Source of the DNA: Candidatus Kaiserbacteria bacterium
GTDB taxonomy: Bacteria > Patescibacteriota > Minisyncoccia > Phycocordibacterales > Phycocordibacteraceae
Length of the DNA stretch: 64,000 nt
Assembly (NCBI GenBank): GCA_963699165.1
Contig: OY969413.1
Location: forward strand, 532,562 to 596,561
Direction: 5' to 3'
Shown here piece by piece: positions 45,237 to 55,834 of this stretch. Every line of letters starts with the position of its first letter. Position 1 is the first letter of the stretch. Below the pieces are notes generated by a model, which made no database searches, was not told where the DNA came from, and worked only from the letters and a program-made list of their open reading frames with translations. Position numbers and translations under genes: made by a program.

Positions 45237-47042
45237 TTATTGACCGGACAACTGCGAGATGCGGGCCAGCGCTTGTGTGAGTTGCGATTCCAAAGATTGC
45301 ACCTGCGCCTGCAATTGGCTCAAGGTCATACTCGAAATTGCTGTTCCGCTCGGTGCGGCGACGGATGTGGCATTCGCGGCTTTTGTCGTTTCAATCTGAT
45401 TGAGCGCGGCTCGGGTCCCGGGACCGACAACACCGAGCTGAGTCAGACCATGCGCGGCCTGAAATTGCAAAACCGCAGCTTCGGTCAAAGAACCGAAATA
45501 TCCCGTCGGGGCGGCGGAAAGAAATCCTTGCGCGGCGAGCACTGTCTGAAGCTGCGTCACGTCTGTTCCCGTCGAACCGGGCACGAGATATTTTGTAAAC
45601 GTGAATGCGGGGGTTGCCGATGGTTGCGATACCATCGCTGGCACAGAAACTGTCGGTGCAACAGCCGCCGGAGCCGTCGCACCATTTACCGTCACCGTTA
45701 GCGGAGCGCACCCGCCGCCCGAAGAACAAACACTGACGGACGATACGCCTGACGCAACGCCGTACACGGTCAGCGTGCTGCCGTTCAGCGTTTCCTGCGA
45801 GACGGAATTCGTCCCGCCGGAAACAAAGTACGGCGGCGTGCCGCCGGAAATCGCGATTGTGGAATTTTGTCCCGAAAGCAGCGATAGCGCATTTTGACTG
45901 ATGGTGATATTGTTGCCGGTCGACGCGTATTGAACGGTCACGTTCACCGATGCGCATGTTCCGGTCGAGGCACACACCGAAATACTTGAAGTTCCTTGCG
46001 CGATGCCGGTCAGAGTCAGTGTTGTTCCGGAAAGATTCGCCTGCACGATGCTCGGGCTCGAATTCGAGGAAACGTAAAATTGCACGCCCGAGGGACCGTA
46101 AATATTCAGGGTCGTACTTTGACCCGTCGACACAACCGGCGCACTGCTGCTAAATGATACTGCTAAAGAACTCGAACTTCCGGCCGCTGCAACGACGATG
46201 CCGCACGATGCCATGTCGGACGAACACACCGTTATGGACGACGAACCGCTTGTGGAGCCGGTGCTGAGAGTTAGAACCGAGCCGCTGATACTCGCCTGTA
46301 TCACGCTCGAATTGGAATCGTTTTGTACCTGGTATATGCCGTTTCCTCCGCTGAGCGTAATCGGCAAATTTTGTCCGCTCACTACCATTGCGTTTGTTTG
46401 GCTCAAATTCAATTGAGAAGCGCCCGCCGGCAGGACGGTCACGTACACGCTCGGACAAGTCGTCGCATTGCCGACCTGGCAAAGCGTTACCGTCGTCGAC
46501 CCCGCCGTGTTGCCGGAGATTGTCACCTGCGTGCCGTTAATGCTGACATTTGCAATCGACGAATTCGAATTATTCGAAACATAGAGCGCGGTTGAGCCGA
46601 TGTTGCTCGCGGTTATGCTTGCGCTTGAACCGGCATCGATCACAATCGCATTTTGGCTCAATGAGAGCGCATTGGTCGAAGAAACGGTCGGCCACGCGAC
46701 GGTCGGCGATTTCGGTCCGCCCGTGCCGTTTAGAATCGCGGTTACGAGCGTACCGGAAGTAAGACCGTATGTCGCACTCGATACCGTCGTCGTAAAGTTT
46801 CCACTTCCGTCCGTCGTGCCGAGAGACACGATTTGGGCACCGGAACCGGCCTCGGTATACGACAGAAGCACACTGACGTTCGGGTCGCCGTAGACCGTTA
46901 TCTGTACATTATCGCCGCTCCCCGTTGCTAAAAGAGACAATGTCGGCGGTACGGTGGCAAAAGCAAAAACAGGAATGAACAAACCGATAAAACTTAGGAA
47001 TAAAAAGGTGAGAACCGATGTAGTTGTGAAGGTTCGTTGCAT
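45237..47042 (-). CDS. Secreted Ser/Thr-rich repeat protein with peptidoglycan-binding domain
   Basis: Signal peptide, about four Ig-like repeats each with a Cys pair, PG_binding motif GSTG.DV..LQ..L...TGYFG.LT..AV..FQ; start reassigned to MQRTF. Confidence 0.8.
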   Translation of the reverse strand: MQRTFTTTSVLTFLFLSFIGLFIPVFAFATVPPTLSLLATGSGDNVQITVYGDPNVSVLLSYTEAGSGAQIVSLGTTDGSGNFTTTVSSATYGLTSGTLVTAILNGTGGPKSPTVAWPTVSSTNALSLSQNAIVIDAGSSASITASNIGSTALYVSNNSNSSIANVSINGTQVTISGNTAGSTTVTLCQVGNATTCPSVYVTVLPAGASQLNLSQTNAMVVSGQNLPITLSGGNGIYQVQNDSNSSVIQASISGSVLTLSTGSTSGSSSITVCSSDMASCGIVVAAAGSSSSLAVSFSSSAPVVSTGQSTTLNIYGPSGVQFYVSSNSSPSIVQANLSGTTLTLTGIAQGTSSISVCASTGTCASVNVTVQYASTGNNITISQNALSLLSGQNSTIAISGGTPPYFVSGGTNSVSQETLNGSTLTVYGVASGVSSVSVCSSGGGCAPLTVTVNGATAPAAVAPTVSVPAMVSQPSATPAFTFTKYLVPGSTGTDVTQLQTVLAAQGFLSAAPTGYFGSLTEAAVLQFQAAHGLTQLGVVGPGTRAALNQIETTKAANATSVAAPSGTAISSMTLSQLQAQVQSLESQLTQALARISQLSGQ

Positions 47043-47058
47043 ATGTTGCTCAGTATAA

Positions 47059-47102
47059 TATACGCAAAAGACAAGGGAACGTTCCGGTTCCCACAACGTA
47101 TA
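47059..47102. promoter_or_regulatory. Back-to-back ECF promoters
   Basis: GGAAC-N16-CGTATA on + (47076-47102) and on - (47085-47059), sharing palindrome GGAACGTTCC. Confidence 0.7.
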
Positions 47103-47151
47103 TACACTTGTACACGCTTTGTACATGATTAGTAGATAGAACGATTCAACC

Positions 47152-48006
47152 ATGCATACATTATCTAAATCTGCCCGGCAGGCCCTCGCGGTCGGATTGA
47201 CACTCATAGGCTTATTCGCAATAACATCAAGCGCATTCGCAGCCGAACCGGCTGGCAGAGCGGGCTTCGGCGGATTCCGAGGCGGCCCGAACATGCCGCG
47301 TCCCGCAGTCGTTGGCACGGTTGCGTCCATTTCCGGCAACACGCTTACCGTGACGTCGAGAGCGTGGGCAGGCGGCCGCGGACATGCGACAACCACCCCG
47401 GCGACATCTTCCGTCTCGACCACCTACACGGTCGATGCAACAAATGCGACCGTCACTAAAAACGGCGCAGCTTCCACCGTCTCGGCCATCGCTACCGGCG
47501 ATACCGTCATGGTTGAAGGCACTGTAAGCGGGACCAGCGTCACCGCCACCGCAATTCGCGACGGCATGATGGGCCGCGGCGGACCGGGCGGGTTTGGAGG
47601 AAAACAGGGACAGGGACCGCGATTCGGTTCCAATACACCAGCCACCAATACACCGGTTATCACCGGCAACGGGCAGCCGGTCATCGGCGGAAACGTGACG
47701 GCAATTAGTGGAAACACGCTCACCGTCACAAATAAAAGCAGCGTCACCTACTCCGTCGACGCAACTTCGGCGAAGATTGTGAAGCACGGCGTCGCAACCT
47801 CAACCATCTCGAACGTATCGGTCGGAGACAGCGTCGTCGTTCAGGGCACCGTGAACGGAACTTCGATCACCGCATCGACCGTCATTGATAACGGGACGCC
47901 TCCGGCCGCACCGGCGGGCACCGCAAGCGGAACGCCGCCAGCTAAACACGGCGGATTCCTCGGCGCTATCGGCGGATTCTTCTCGCACCTCTTCGGATTC
48001 TTTTAA
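47152..48006 (+). CDS. Secreted protein with two DUF5666-like repeats
   Basis: Signal peptide, two G.V..ISGNTLTV...Y.VDAT...GD.V.V.G repeats, amphipathic C-terminus. Confidence 0.75.
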   Translation: MHTLSKSARQALAVGLTLIGLFAITSSAFAAEPAGRAGFGGFRGGPNMPRPAVVGTVASISGNTLTVTSRAWAGGRGHATTTPATSSVSTTYTVDATNATVTKNGAASTVSAIATGDTVMVEGTVSGTSVTATAIRDGMMGRGGPGGFGGKQGQGPRFGSNTPATNTPVITGNGQPVIGGNVTAISGNTLTVTNKSSVTYSVDATSAKIVKHGVATSTISNVSVGDSVVVQGTVNGTSITASTVIDNGTPPAAPAGTASGTPPAKHGGFLGAIGGFFSHLFGFF

Positions 48007-48019
48007 TCCGACCTCCGAT

Positions 48020-48060
48020 GAAAACGCGAAAACCGCCCTCCGGGCGGTTTTCGCGTTTTC
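48020..48060. terminator. Bidirectional terminator
   Basis: 19-bp perfect stem with 3-nt loop between convergent genes. Confidence 0.8.
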
Positions 48061-48064
48061 GGTC

Positions 48065-48460
48065 TTACTCGATCGTCACGCCGTCAAACGGCTCATCGCT
48101 TGCGAGAGCATCCGCTTTCGTTTTATGTATAACGCCGTCTTTATGATCGGGCGGCGCGTAAATCGTATACAGTTTGAGCGCGTCGGTTCCGGACGTGTTG
48201 ATAATGTTGTGGCGCGTGCCTTTTGGAACCACGACGGCCCACCCATCGCGAATTTCGTGCTCGACGCCGTCCAGCACGGCTTTCCCTTCACCTTTCTCGA
48301 CGCGAAAAAACTGATCGAGCTCATGCACTTCCTCGCCGATGTCTTCGTTCGGCAGCAAACTCATGACCACCAGCTGCACATGCTCATCCGTGTACAACAC
48401 TTCTCTAAAATATTCATTTGAAATCGCTTTCTCTTCAATGTTTGAAGTATATCCTTTCAT
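48065..48460 (-). CDS. Cupin-domain protein
   Basis: QLVVMSL, IGEEVH, DQFFRVE.G.G, KLYTIYAPP.H. Confidence 0.88.
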   Translation of the reverse strand: MKGYTSNIEEKAISNEYFREVLYTDEHVQLVVMSLLPNEDIGEEVHELDQFFRVEKGEGKAVLDGVEHEIRDGWAVVVPKGTRHNIINTSGTDALKLYTIYAPPDHKDGVIHKTKADALASDEPFDGVTIE

Positions 48461-48544
48461 GAAAATATCGTAACAAATGGAACGGAAGATTGGATTAAAA
48501 AGAACCCCCGTCTCGCATAAAGCCAGGGGTTCTCTGCACTCTCG

Positions 48545-49135
48545 TCACACACCGTTACCTTTCGGTGCCATTTGCACTTTATAGTTCGGGATGATGACGT
48601 GCTGTCCCGGCGGGAAATGTGTATCCATCGAACGGGGGACGGGGCTCCAGTCGTTCTGCGAACAGTATTGCATGTTTAGCAATATCAGACGCCCAGCACT
48701 TTCAATAAAGAAAAAATTACCCCGGTCGAAGTGCAACGGAAGTCTTTCCCCGTTTTTGAATGCTTCCATGCTTCGAGTAAGCACGTAATCGGCAAGCGCT
48801 GCAGCTTGACCGAGCGTGCATAGATAATTGCGCGCCTTTAGTTGCGCGAAGATTTCTGCTTCGCACGTAGTAAAGGTGAGACCCGTCACAGCTTCGACCC
48901 ATTCTCGTGGCGTCGTCCGCATCGCTGTCGTGAACACCCTCAACGGGGTTGCGGGGGTGTCCTTTTCTTCTAACCGCGTGACACCCGCGTCAATTGGCCT
49001 AATCCACTTGAGATTCGGGTATCTTTTGCCGGAGAAGATGTCCGCTGCCATACCTCCCTGCACTGCAGGAAGGATATGGTCCATAAAGGGAACAAGTGTC
49101 ATGCGCCCTCTTTCGGGGGCAAAGGATTGCACCAT
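48545..49135 (-). CDS. Hypothetical protein
   Basis: 196-aa ORF with consensus promoter upstream and hairpin downstream. Confidence 0.55.
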   Translation of the reverse strand: MVQSFAPERGRMTLVPFMDHILPAVQGGMAADIFSGKRYPNLKWIRPIDAGVTRLEEKDTPATPLRVFTTAMRTTPREWVEAVTGLTFTTCEAEIFAQLKARNYLCTLGQAAALADYVLTRSMEAFKNGERLPLHFDRGNFFFIESAGRLILLNMQYCSQNDWSPVPRSMDTHFPPGQHVIIPNYKVQMAPKGNGV

Positions 49136-49206
49136 GATGCCTTCAATTCAATTCTCTAAAAAGGAAAAGCTCCTTTCCTTATCAGAATCAAGGAGCAACT
49201 TTTGAA

Positions 49207-49235
49207 ATTATACTCGCGAAATTAAAGTATGTCAA
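49207..49235 (-). promoter_or_regulatory. Consensus sigma70 promoter
   Basis: TTGACA (49235-49230), 17 bp, TATAAT (49212-49207). Confidence 0.75.
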
Positions 49236-49242
49236 CAAATTT

Positions 49243-50174
49243 TGTACGTTAGTATCGGGTTGTTGACACTTTTCGCGTCGACGAGTTCATTGAAAGCGCA
49301 AAAGGCGCGGTACGATTTTGGTGTTCAGACCATTTAATCGTTAGCGCCTCTTGCATGCACAAGAATACCAAATTGTTGCCGTACCAACGGCGTGAGATGT
49401 TCCGCAGATGGGGTATGGGAGCTCAAGCGACCCATTTGGCCCGAGAATACAAAGTCTCCCGAGAAACCGTATACGAGACACTTAAAGATGCCCGACTGAA
49501 CGTCTTCGAGAATCGTTCCTCGATGAATCACCGATATCGCACCATCCTGTACGGGTTCCAAAAGCTTGCTCGCACCGAAAAGCGCGTGGGAGAGAAGCTC
49601 GCCCGCAAAGCCCATCGATTGAACCGATACGAGAAATCGATACCGGGTGAAATGCTGCATCTCGATACCAAGCGCCTGCCGCTCCTGCGAGGAGAAGCCG
49701 CCGCGCAACCGAGAGAATACCTATTTGTCGCCATTGACGACTACTCTCGTACCGCCTTTGCCGATATCTTCCCCGACAAGACCGCATACTCGGCCGCCAT
49801 GTTCCTCGCCGAGAGCAAGCGAGTATTGCCGTTCCCCGTGACCGGCATCTATTCCGACAACGGGAGCGAGTACCGGGGACGACCGGATCATCCGGTGGCG
49901 GCACTCTGCAGGGAAACGGGCATGAGCCAAGCGTTCACGAAAGTGAAGCATCCCTGGACCAATGGAAAAGCGGAGCGATTCATCAAAACCCTCATGACCG
50001 AATGGCACGGGAAGACACGTTCCAATCACATCTCTCGAGCCCATCGCCGACGCTATTTGTATGCGTTTGTGGACTGGTACAACCAGACCCGCATTCACCA
50101 ATCGCTCGGAACAACTCCATTCGGAAGACTCGAGGCGTACCTAGAAAGTGTCAACAACGCGTTGACTTAGTACA
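49243..50174 (+). mobile_element. IS481-family insertion sequence
   Basis: Ends TGTAC-N11-GTTGTTGACACTTT on both sides; 7-bp direct repeat CAAATTT at 49236-49242 and 50175-50181. Confidence 0.9.
49355..50170 (+). CDS. IS481-family transposase
   Basis: HKNTKL, PGEMLHLDTK, VAIDDYSR, SDNGSEY, TNGKAERFI. Confidence 0.92.
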   Translation: MHKNTKLLPYQRREMFRRWGMGAQATHLAREYKVSRETVYETLKDARLNVFENRSSMNHRYRTILYGFQKLARTEKRVGEKLARKAHRLNRYEKSIPGEMLHLDTKRLPLLRGEAAAQPREYLFVAIDDYSRTAFADIFPDKTAYSAAMFLAESKRVLPFPVTGIYSDNGSEYRGRPDHPVAALCRETGMSQAFTKVKHPWTNGKAERFIKTLMTEWHGKTRSNHISRAHRRRYLYAFVDWYNQTRIHQSLGTTPFGRLEAYLESVNNALT

Positions 50175-50245
50175 CAAATTTTCACCTTTCTCGAAATTAT
50201 CCTGTATTTACTTGTTTTCTTTCTCCTTAATTTCTCTACCCTGCC

Positions 50246-51145
50246 TTAGCGCGGAAGCCATTTGCGAACGCCGGCGGCGATGATTTTCTCTCTGCCCTTA
50301 AACCCGTGTGTTGCTCCGGAAATCACGTGCATCGCAAATTGCTTTGAGCGCGTATGTTTTGCCATCCAGGCGCCAATATCTTCCGCAGGGCGGTCACCGT
50401 ATTCATCTTCCTTCGCCAAAAAGACGAGCGTCGGAATCTCAATCGACTTGAATGCGGACGGATTCTTTTTCGGCGAGGCATAACAAAAAATCTCTTCCGC
50501 GCTTTCGGGCGTGAAGAGACTCACGAAGCGCTGCGCATCGATTGGGCTTACGGCAATCTCTATCGGAAGCAATTGATGCTTCTTCCCCGCTTTGATTAAC
50601 TCCCGCGCAAACTTCGTTGATTTCTCCAACTTTCCATCGGTATCAAACTTCACCGCCGCGGCATAATCGCTTAGCGGTGCAAGCAAAACGAGCCCTTTGA
50701 TATGTTTCTGATTCCCTTTTCGGCTCGCATAGTAGACCGACTTCTGGCAGCCGGTTGAATGCCCCGCGAGATAGATGTCGCGAACGCCAGCGCCTCGAAC
50801 GAAGTTTACCGCGCCTTGAATATCGTCGGCGCATTCGGTGAACACTTCATGCGCCTGACCCGCAAGCACGGAGTGCTCGCCTTTCTTCGTATTGTCGAGA
50901 CGGTATGCTTTCGTGATTTTGTCGTGTCCGCGATTGTTAAAGGTTATAACTGCAGTATCTTTGTCGACAAATGATTCCGCAAGCGGTATCCAAAACGCGG
51001 AACCGGCAAGACCATGCACAAAAATGATGGCGCGTTTCGGTTTCGCCGGACCGAACCAAAGCCCGTTCAATTTGTATTTCTTCGGCGTAACGATATTGAT
51101 GAGAAAACATGGTTTCAATTTTGCAGCAGTGATCATGCAATTCAA
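50246..51145 (-). CDS. Alpha/beta hydrolase (DUF1749-like)
   Basis: FVHGL, GHSTGCQ nucleophile elbow, GATHGF; exact start uncertain. Confidence 0.85.
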   Translation of the reverse strand: MNCMITAAKLKPCFLINIVTPKKYKLNGLWFGPAKPKRAIIFVHGLAGSAFWIPLAESFVDKDTAVITFNNRGHDKITKAYRLDNTKKGEHSVLAGQAHEVFTECADDIQGAVNFVRGAGVRDIYLAGHSTGCQKSVYYASRKGNQKHIKGLVLLAPLSDYAAAVKFDTDGKLEKSTKFARELIKAGKKHQLLPIEIAVSPIDAQRFVSLFTPESAEEIFCYASPKKNPSAFKSIEIPTLVFLAKEDEYGDRPAEDIGAWMAKHTRSKQFAMHVISGATHGFKGREKIIAAGVRKWLPR

Positions 51146-51244
51146 AAAGTTATTAGTGGGACCATCTTAACATTTCTCAATATTGCGGGAATCTTATCCT
51201 TGACAAATCGATTTACAAAGCTAACATAAGTATATGAATCGAAA

Positions 51245-52305
51245 GGCACCCAAACCCCTCAATTCGAACGACGGTTTTTTGCGCTCCTCTGAGCGCGTTG
51301 TTTCTTTTCCGCAGCATACGCCTCATCTGGCGTGAGTGAACCGAGCACATCCATGAAGCGGCGATTCATCTTTGCTTCGAGTTTCTGCACAAATCTTTTT
51401 GAATACTTTGAAATATCCGAGCTTTTCGGGATGTACCGCCGCAAGTCCTTGTTCAGATTCTCGATTGATGGCTTCTCCCATGGCGCATGCACATGACAGA
51501 AATATATCTTCACCCCAAGCACCTTCTCTAGCCGTTTGTGTTCGAGAAAGAGAATATCGTTGTCGAATGTGATGGTCTGCATCTCGGGATACCGCTTTTT
51601 CATTCTGCGAAGCGCTCGCTCCACGTTTCGCACTGACACTGGCAGGATCCGCTCCAGCAGGTTTTTGCGCACCCTGCGATCCCGCAGACCAAGAATGATG
51701 CCTTGACCGCTCTTGCCCGACACGATGAAGTCGCCCTCCATGTGACCCAATCCCCATCGCTTGTTGATTTTGCTCGGTCGTTTGTCGATCAGGCGCTTGT
51801 CGGCAATGTGTGGTTTCGATGGCCGAGAGCGTCGCCTCTTCTTGAATACCTTTGCTCGATGCGACTCGATCCGTCTGCCATACGGGCTCTTGATATATCG
51901 GCGTATAGCCGAGGATGAAGCATATCCGATATCCTTCTCGATCCGCTTCAATCGAAGTGAGATGTTTTCGGGCGACTGATCGTCGAAGAGATGCGCCTCG
52001 ATGAACTTCCGGAGCTTCGGGTCGAGAGCAATCATCTTGCCGACCGCTCGGCTGTATTTCCTTCGTACGTATGAAATGTGATGCGCATATGCAGCATCAT
52101 ACGGCCGTCCCTTCCTCTTCTTTTGCGTCTCGTACCATATGACACTCTTCGGTCGGTCGAGTGCATCTCCGACATCTTGCAAAGAGTATCCCTTCGCTAA
52201 CAGTATCTGTATTTCGTCTCGTTCGGACTTTGTGAAGTGCGCACCGCCGGAGGTTTTTTCATTCGCTCAATGTATCAAACGTTCGAATTCAAAAGACCAG
52301 TCGCC
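51245..52305 (-). mobile_element. IS30-family element, copy 1 (1061 bp)
   Basis: Imperfect 25-bp IR GGC-N13-AATTCGAAC; flanking AAA/AAA duplication; near-identical to 57792-58852. Confidence 0.92.
51259..52262 (-). CDS. IS30 transposase (ATG out of frame with main ORF 51259-52182)
   Basis: SPE.I, GHMEGD, TITFDND, PWEKPSIEN.N..LRRYIPK. Confidence 0.85.
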
Positions 52306-52480
52306 AAATTGCGGATTTATGCGCGAAATGATCGAGGCTTCGTTCCTCGGTGTTTCAGTTTGCGCATAGCCGCGATTTTTCTTCTCCTCACTAGCAACCT
52401 GTAAAGAAAAACCTCGGCTCTGCGGAAGCCGAGGTTTTCTCGTCTATCGCGGCAGGGCATCTTCCTTAAAGGAGAACTGC

Positions 52481-53083
52481 ATGAACGGCAACCCGAGTAC
52501 CGAACGAGTCGTATTCCTCGACGGCAACCGCCTGTATCTGCGGCCGCACTGCGCATCGGACGTCCCCCTTCTGGTTCGCTGGATGAACGATCCTAACATT
52601 CGGATATTCGTAAACAGGCGGTATCCGCTCGGTGCAAAAGAGGAAGAACGGTGGATTGAACGTCTCGCGGAATTAAAAAACGACATTGTCCTCATGATTG
52701 TTCTGAAAGGTCAAACGCCCGCGGATGATAGACCGATAGGCAACATCGGTTTGCATAATATCGAACTCGAAAACGGGATTGCGACGACGGGAGCGGTCAT
52801 CGGCGAAAAGGAATGTTGGGGCAAGGGGTACGGAACCGAAGCGAAAATGATTCTACTCAATCATGCCTTCAATACGCTAAATTTGCGGAAGATCTATTCC
52901 CGCGTTCTCGCCCTTAACCCGCGTAGCCGCAGATACAGCGAAAAATGCGGCTATACGCTCATCGCGACGCTTCCCGACAAACATTTCCGCGACGGACGCT
53001 TCGTCGATGAACTCGTTCTTGAAGTCAACGCAGATACATGGCGGATGCTTTGGGAGGAAACGAAAGAAAGATTCCTGCCGTAG
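52481..53083 (+). CDS. GNAT N-acetyltransferase (RimJ/RimL-like)
   Basis: RLYLRP, IG.K.CWGKGYGTEA, N.RS.R..EKCGY; AAGGAG SD. Confidence 0.9.
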   Translation: MNGNPSTERVVFLDGNRLYLRPHCASDVPLLVRWMNDPNIRIFVNRRYPLGAKEEERWIERLAELKNDIVLMIVLKGQTPADDRPIGNIGLHNIELENGIATTGAVIGEKECWGKGYGTEAKMILLNHAFNTLNLRKIYSRVLALNPRSRRYSEKCGYTLIATLPDKHFRDGRFVDELVLEVNADTWRMLWEETKERFLP

Positions 53084-53090
53084 CAACCGC

Positions 53091-53120
53091 AGTCGCCGCC
53101 TTCTTAGGCGGCGACTTTTA
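53091..53120 (+). terminator. Rho-independent terminator
   Basis: agtcgccgcc-ttctta-ggcggcgact followed by T run. Confidence 0.75.
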
Positions 53121-53140
53121 CTCTTTATCTGAAATACCGG

Positions 53141-53605
53141 CTACTGCCCCGTCTCGGTTTCCTTAATGCGCTCGAGCGCGCTTGTGAATGCGGCAAGTTC
53201 GGAAGGGGTCAGACCGTTGAAAAGTCCGCCCAACACTTTTCTGCCGCGCACCATGGCTTTTTTCAAATCGTTCTTCCCTTCTTGCGTGAGCAGGAGACGC
53301 GAGGTGCGTTTGTCTTTTTTGTCGGCGTGACACTCGACGCGGCCGCTCTTCACGAGGTCGCCGATGAGCGATGTGGTCGAAGGCGCGGTGATGGAAAGAT
53401 ACTCTGCAACGTCTTTCATTTTCGGTTCGGGATGCTCCGAAATAAATTTCATCGTTTCAACCCAGAGCCACGTCGACGGATCGAGCTTTGCGCCCTTCGG
53501 AAGCTGCTTCGCGAGTTCGGTTCGCATAACGCGGCGTATAACAAAAAGCAGCGATACGACGCGCGAGATGTCTTCAAATGAATGCTTGTGTGAGCGTGAA
53601 GTCAT
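53141..53605 (-). CDS. MarR-family regulator
   Basis: MKDVAEYL.IT.PS.T.LI..L, D..DKR...L.LT..G; start reassigned to MTSRSH. Confidence 0.88.
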   Translation of the reverse strand: MTSRSHKHSFEDISRVVSLLFVIRRVMRTELAKQLPKGAKLDPSTWLWVETMKFISEHPEPKMKDVAEYLSITAPSTTSLIGDLVKSGRVECHADKKDKRTSRLLLTQEGKNDLKKAMVRGRKVLGGLFNGLTPSELAAFTSALERIKETETGQ

Positions 53606-53612
53606 AGCTGTA

Positions 53613-55142
53613 TTATCCACCCGCGGCGGCTTCGGCGAGCATCTCGGGCGGGATATCTTTTTTTTCTTTGCGGGTGACGCGCAAAAGCAGGAGCGCGACA
53701 AGCGCACCGAAAATCATCGCCGCCGCCGCATCTTTGAAAACGGTTCCGTACGCGAGCAGGTCGGCTTTCATAATGATTAACTGTTGCGCCTCCGCGAGGA
53801 TGGTCGGCGTCGAACCGTTGATGTGCGAATTCTGCGCAACGACAAGCACATTTGCATTTGTCGCATTTTCAAGCACCGTTCCAAAGATTGCAATGCCGAA
53901 CGCTCCGCCGATGTTGCGGGTGAGATTCAAAAGTCCGGATGACATGCCGATTTCATTCATCGGCACGGCCGACGTGGCGGCGGTAGTAAGCGGCGCCATG
54001 CCGAGGCCGAGACCCGCTCCGAACAAAACGAGCGGTAAAACGAAACTCATCGATATCATCGTCGGGTCAAGATGCACGAGCTGGTACAGGCCGAGCGCCG
54101 ACAGCGCCATGCCGAAGGAAACCGTGTAGCGCGGATTGATTGAAAGCGCGAGCCGCGCTCCGAGCGGCGCAAAAATCGGCATCGCAAGCCCCATCGGCAC
54201 GAACAAGTATCCGCTTTGCGTCGCCGTATACTGCAAAAACGTCTGCGCGAATACCGGCAACAGGAAGAGCGCGCCCATCATGCCGCCGAAAGAAATAAAC
54301 GAAACAATGAGCACCGACACGATGACCGGATTTTTGAAAAATTTGAAGTCGATGATGGGGTGCGTATGGCGCGTTTCCCATTGGTACACGAGCAATCCGA
54401 ATACCACGGTGCAGATGTAGCAGATGACGCTCGCATTCGAGGTCCAGCCCCACGTCTGCCCGCGGTCGACGACAAGCACCAAACTCGAAATCGCACCCGA
54501 GAGAAGTACCGCGCCAAACCAGTCGAATGTCCCGCGCTCGCCCGGACGGTCATGCGGCAAGAAAAGCAGCGTCATGATAAGACCCGCGATGCCGATGGGC
54601 AGATTGATGTAAAAAACGGAACGCCATGAAAAATTATCGACGAGATATCCTCCGAGCAAAGGGCCGAGCACGGCGGATACCGCGAATGAAGACGACCAGA
54701 TGCCGAGCGCCTGCGCGCGCGCCTTCGGGTCGCTAAACGATTTTGCGATAAGCGACATTGCGGTCGGATACACGGCTGCGCCGACGAGCCCTTGCACGAT
54801 GCGAAAGAATACGAGCGAATCGAAATTCCACGCAAGTCCGGCAAACATCGAAATGATGATGAACCCGACGAAGCTCCAAAGATAAATGATGCGGTTGCCG
54901 AAAAGATCGCCGAGTTTCCCGAAGACCGGCACGAAAATCGCATTGCTGATGATGTAGGCGGTCGAAATCCATGCGGCGGTGGACACCGTGATGCTGAAGT
55001 CATTGATGATTTTCGGCACGGCGAGGCCGACCACCGTGCGGTCGAGCCCGATAAGCAGCGTGCCGACCATCACCGTGGTCAGAACGAGCCACGGATGCCC
55101 CGTGAGTCGATGCGCTTGAGGCCGTGCGGCTAGTTCTGCCAT
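53613..55142 (-). CDS. DHA2 (EmrB/QacA-like) MFS efflux transporter
   Basis: 14-TM pattern, D.TVV.LA.P, GKLGD.FG.R, LGPLLGG, WRSVFYINLPIG. Confidence 0.92.
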   Translation of the reverse strand: MAELAARPQAHRLTGHPWLVLTTVMVGTLLIGLDRTVVGLAVPKIINDFSITVSTAAWISTAYIISNAIFVPVFGKLGDLFGNRIIYLWSFVGFIIISMFAGLAWNFDSLVFFRIVQGLVGAAVYPTAMSLIAKSFSDPKARAQALGIWSSSFAVSAVLGPLLGGYLVDNFSWRSVFYINLPIGIAGLIMTLLFLPHDRPGERGTFDWFGAVLLSGAISSLVLVVDRGQTWGWTSNASVICYICTVVFGLLVYQWETRHTHPIIDFKFFKNPVIVSVLIVSFISFGGMMGALFLLPVFAQTFLQYTATQSGYLFVPMGLAMPIFAPLGARLALSINPRYTVSFGMALSALGLYQLVHLDPTMISMSFVLPLVLFGAGLGLGMAPLTTAATSAVPMNEIGMSSGLLNLTRNIGGAFGIAIFGTVLENATNANVLVVAQNSHINGSTPTILAEAQQLIIMKADLLAYGTVFKDAAAAMIFGALVALLLLRVTRKEKKDIPPEMLAEAAAGG

Positions 55143-55155
55143 GGTGAGGCTAACG

Positions 55156-55815
55156 TTACTTCGTATAAATCCACATGCGCGCCGACATGCCGTTTTTCAA
55201 TTGCGGGTAGGTCGTAGTATCGAAGCGCACTTTGATATCAAACTGCTGCGTCTGACGCTGGTCCGAAATGTTGAACACGATGCCCGACTGGTTCGACGAT
55301 GGCGCGATTTCGTCCACGACGCCGTTGAATTTCTCCGACCCGAACGCATCGACCGTAAAAGTCACCGGGTCGCCGACTTTAATTTGCGCAAGACCTTTAT
55401 TTTCATCGATTTTCCCGACCACGCGCAATTGCGACGGGTCAATCATTTCCACAACCGGCTGACCGGGAGCGATTTGCGCGCCGATGGTGTTGTTTACCTG
55501 CACGACGAGTCCGGCGACTTTCGTTTTCACGACTTCCGTTCCGACAAGAGCGACCGGAGAGTTTGCGGGAAGCATATCGCCTTCGTTTGCATAAATTGCA
55601 TTCAAGCGTCCCGCCGAAATCGGCGAGAGGTCGATGAGCGGCGCCGAAATCGAAGACGTATCGATGGCGACTTCTTTTGCCGAAAAAATGAAGTATGCGG
55701 CGATGCCGGCGGCGGCAAGAATAATGACGCCGATGCTACCGAAAATCGCAAGGCGGCGGCGCATCTCCGGCGTAAATACTTTTGCTTTTTCGTGTGTGTT
55801 TGCGTGCGTGGTCAT
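55156..55815 (-). CDS. Short EmrA/HlyD-like adaptor lacking the helical hairpin
   Basis: TM helix, adjacent lipoyl halves, beta-barrel, LKNGMSA. Confidence 0.8.
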   Translation of the reverse strand: MTTHANTHEKAKVFTPEMRRRLAIFGSIGVIILAAAGIAAYFIFSAKEVAIDTSSISAPLIDLSPISAGRLNAIYANEGDMLPANSPVALVGTEVVKTKVAGLVVQVNNTIGAQIAPGQPVVEMIDPSQLRVVGKIDENKGLAQIKVGDPVTFTVDAFGSEKFNGVVDEIAPSSNQSGIVFNISDQRQTQQFDIKVRFDTTTYPQLKNGMSARMWIYTK

Positions 55816-55834
55816 GGTAGTTTTTTCAATGCGA

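Noticed and set aside
47043-47423. N-terminal extension of the 728-aa ORF
   Set aside because: It overlaps the divergent gene and the shared promoter; the signal peptide begins at 47042
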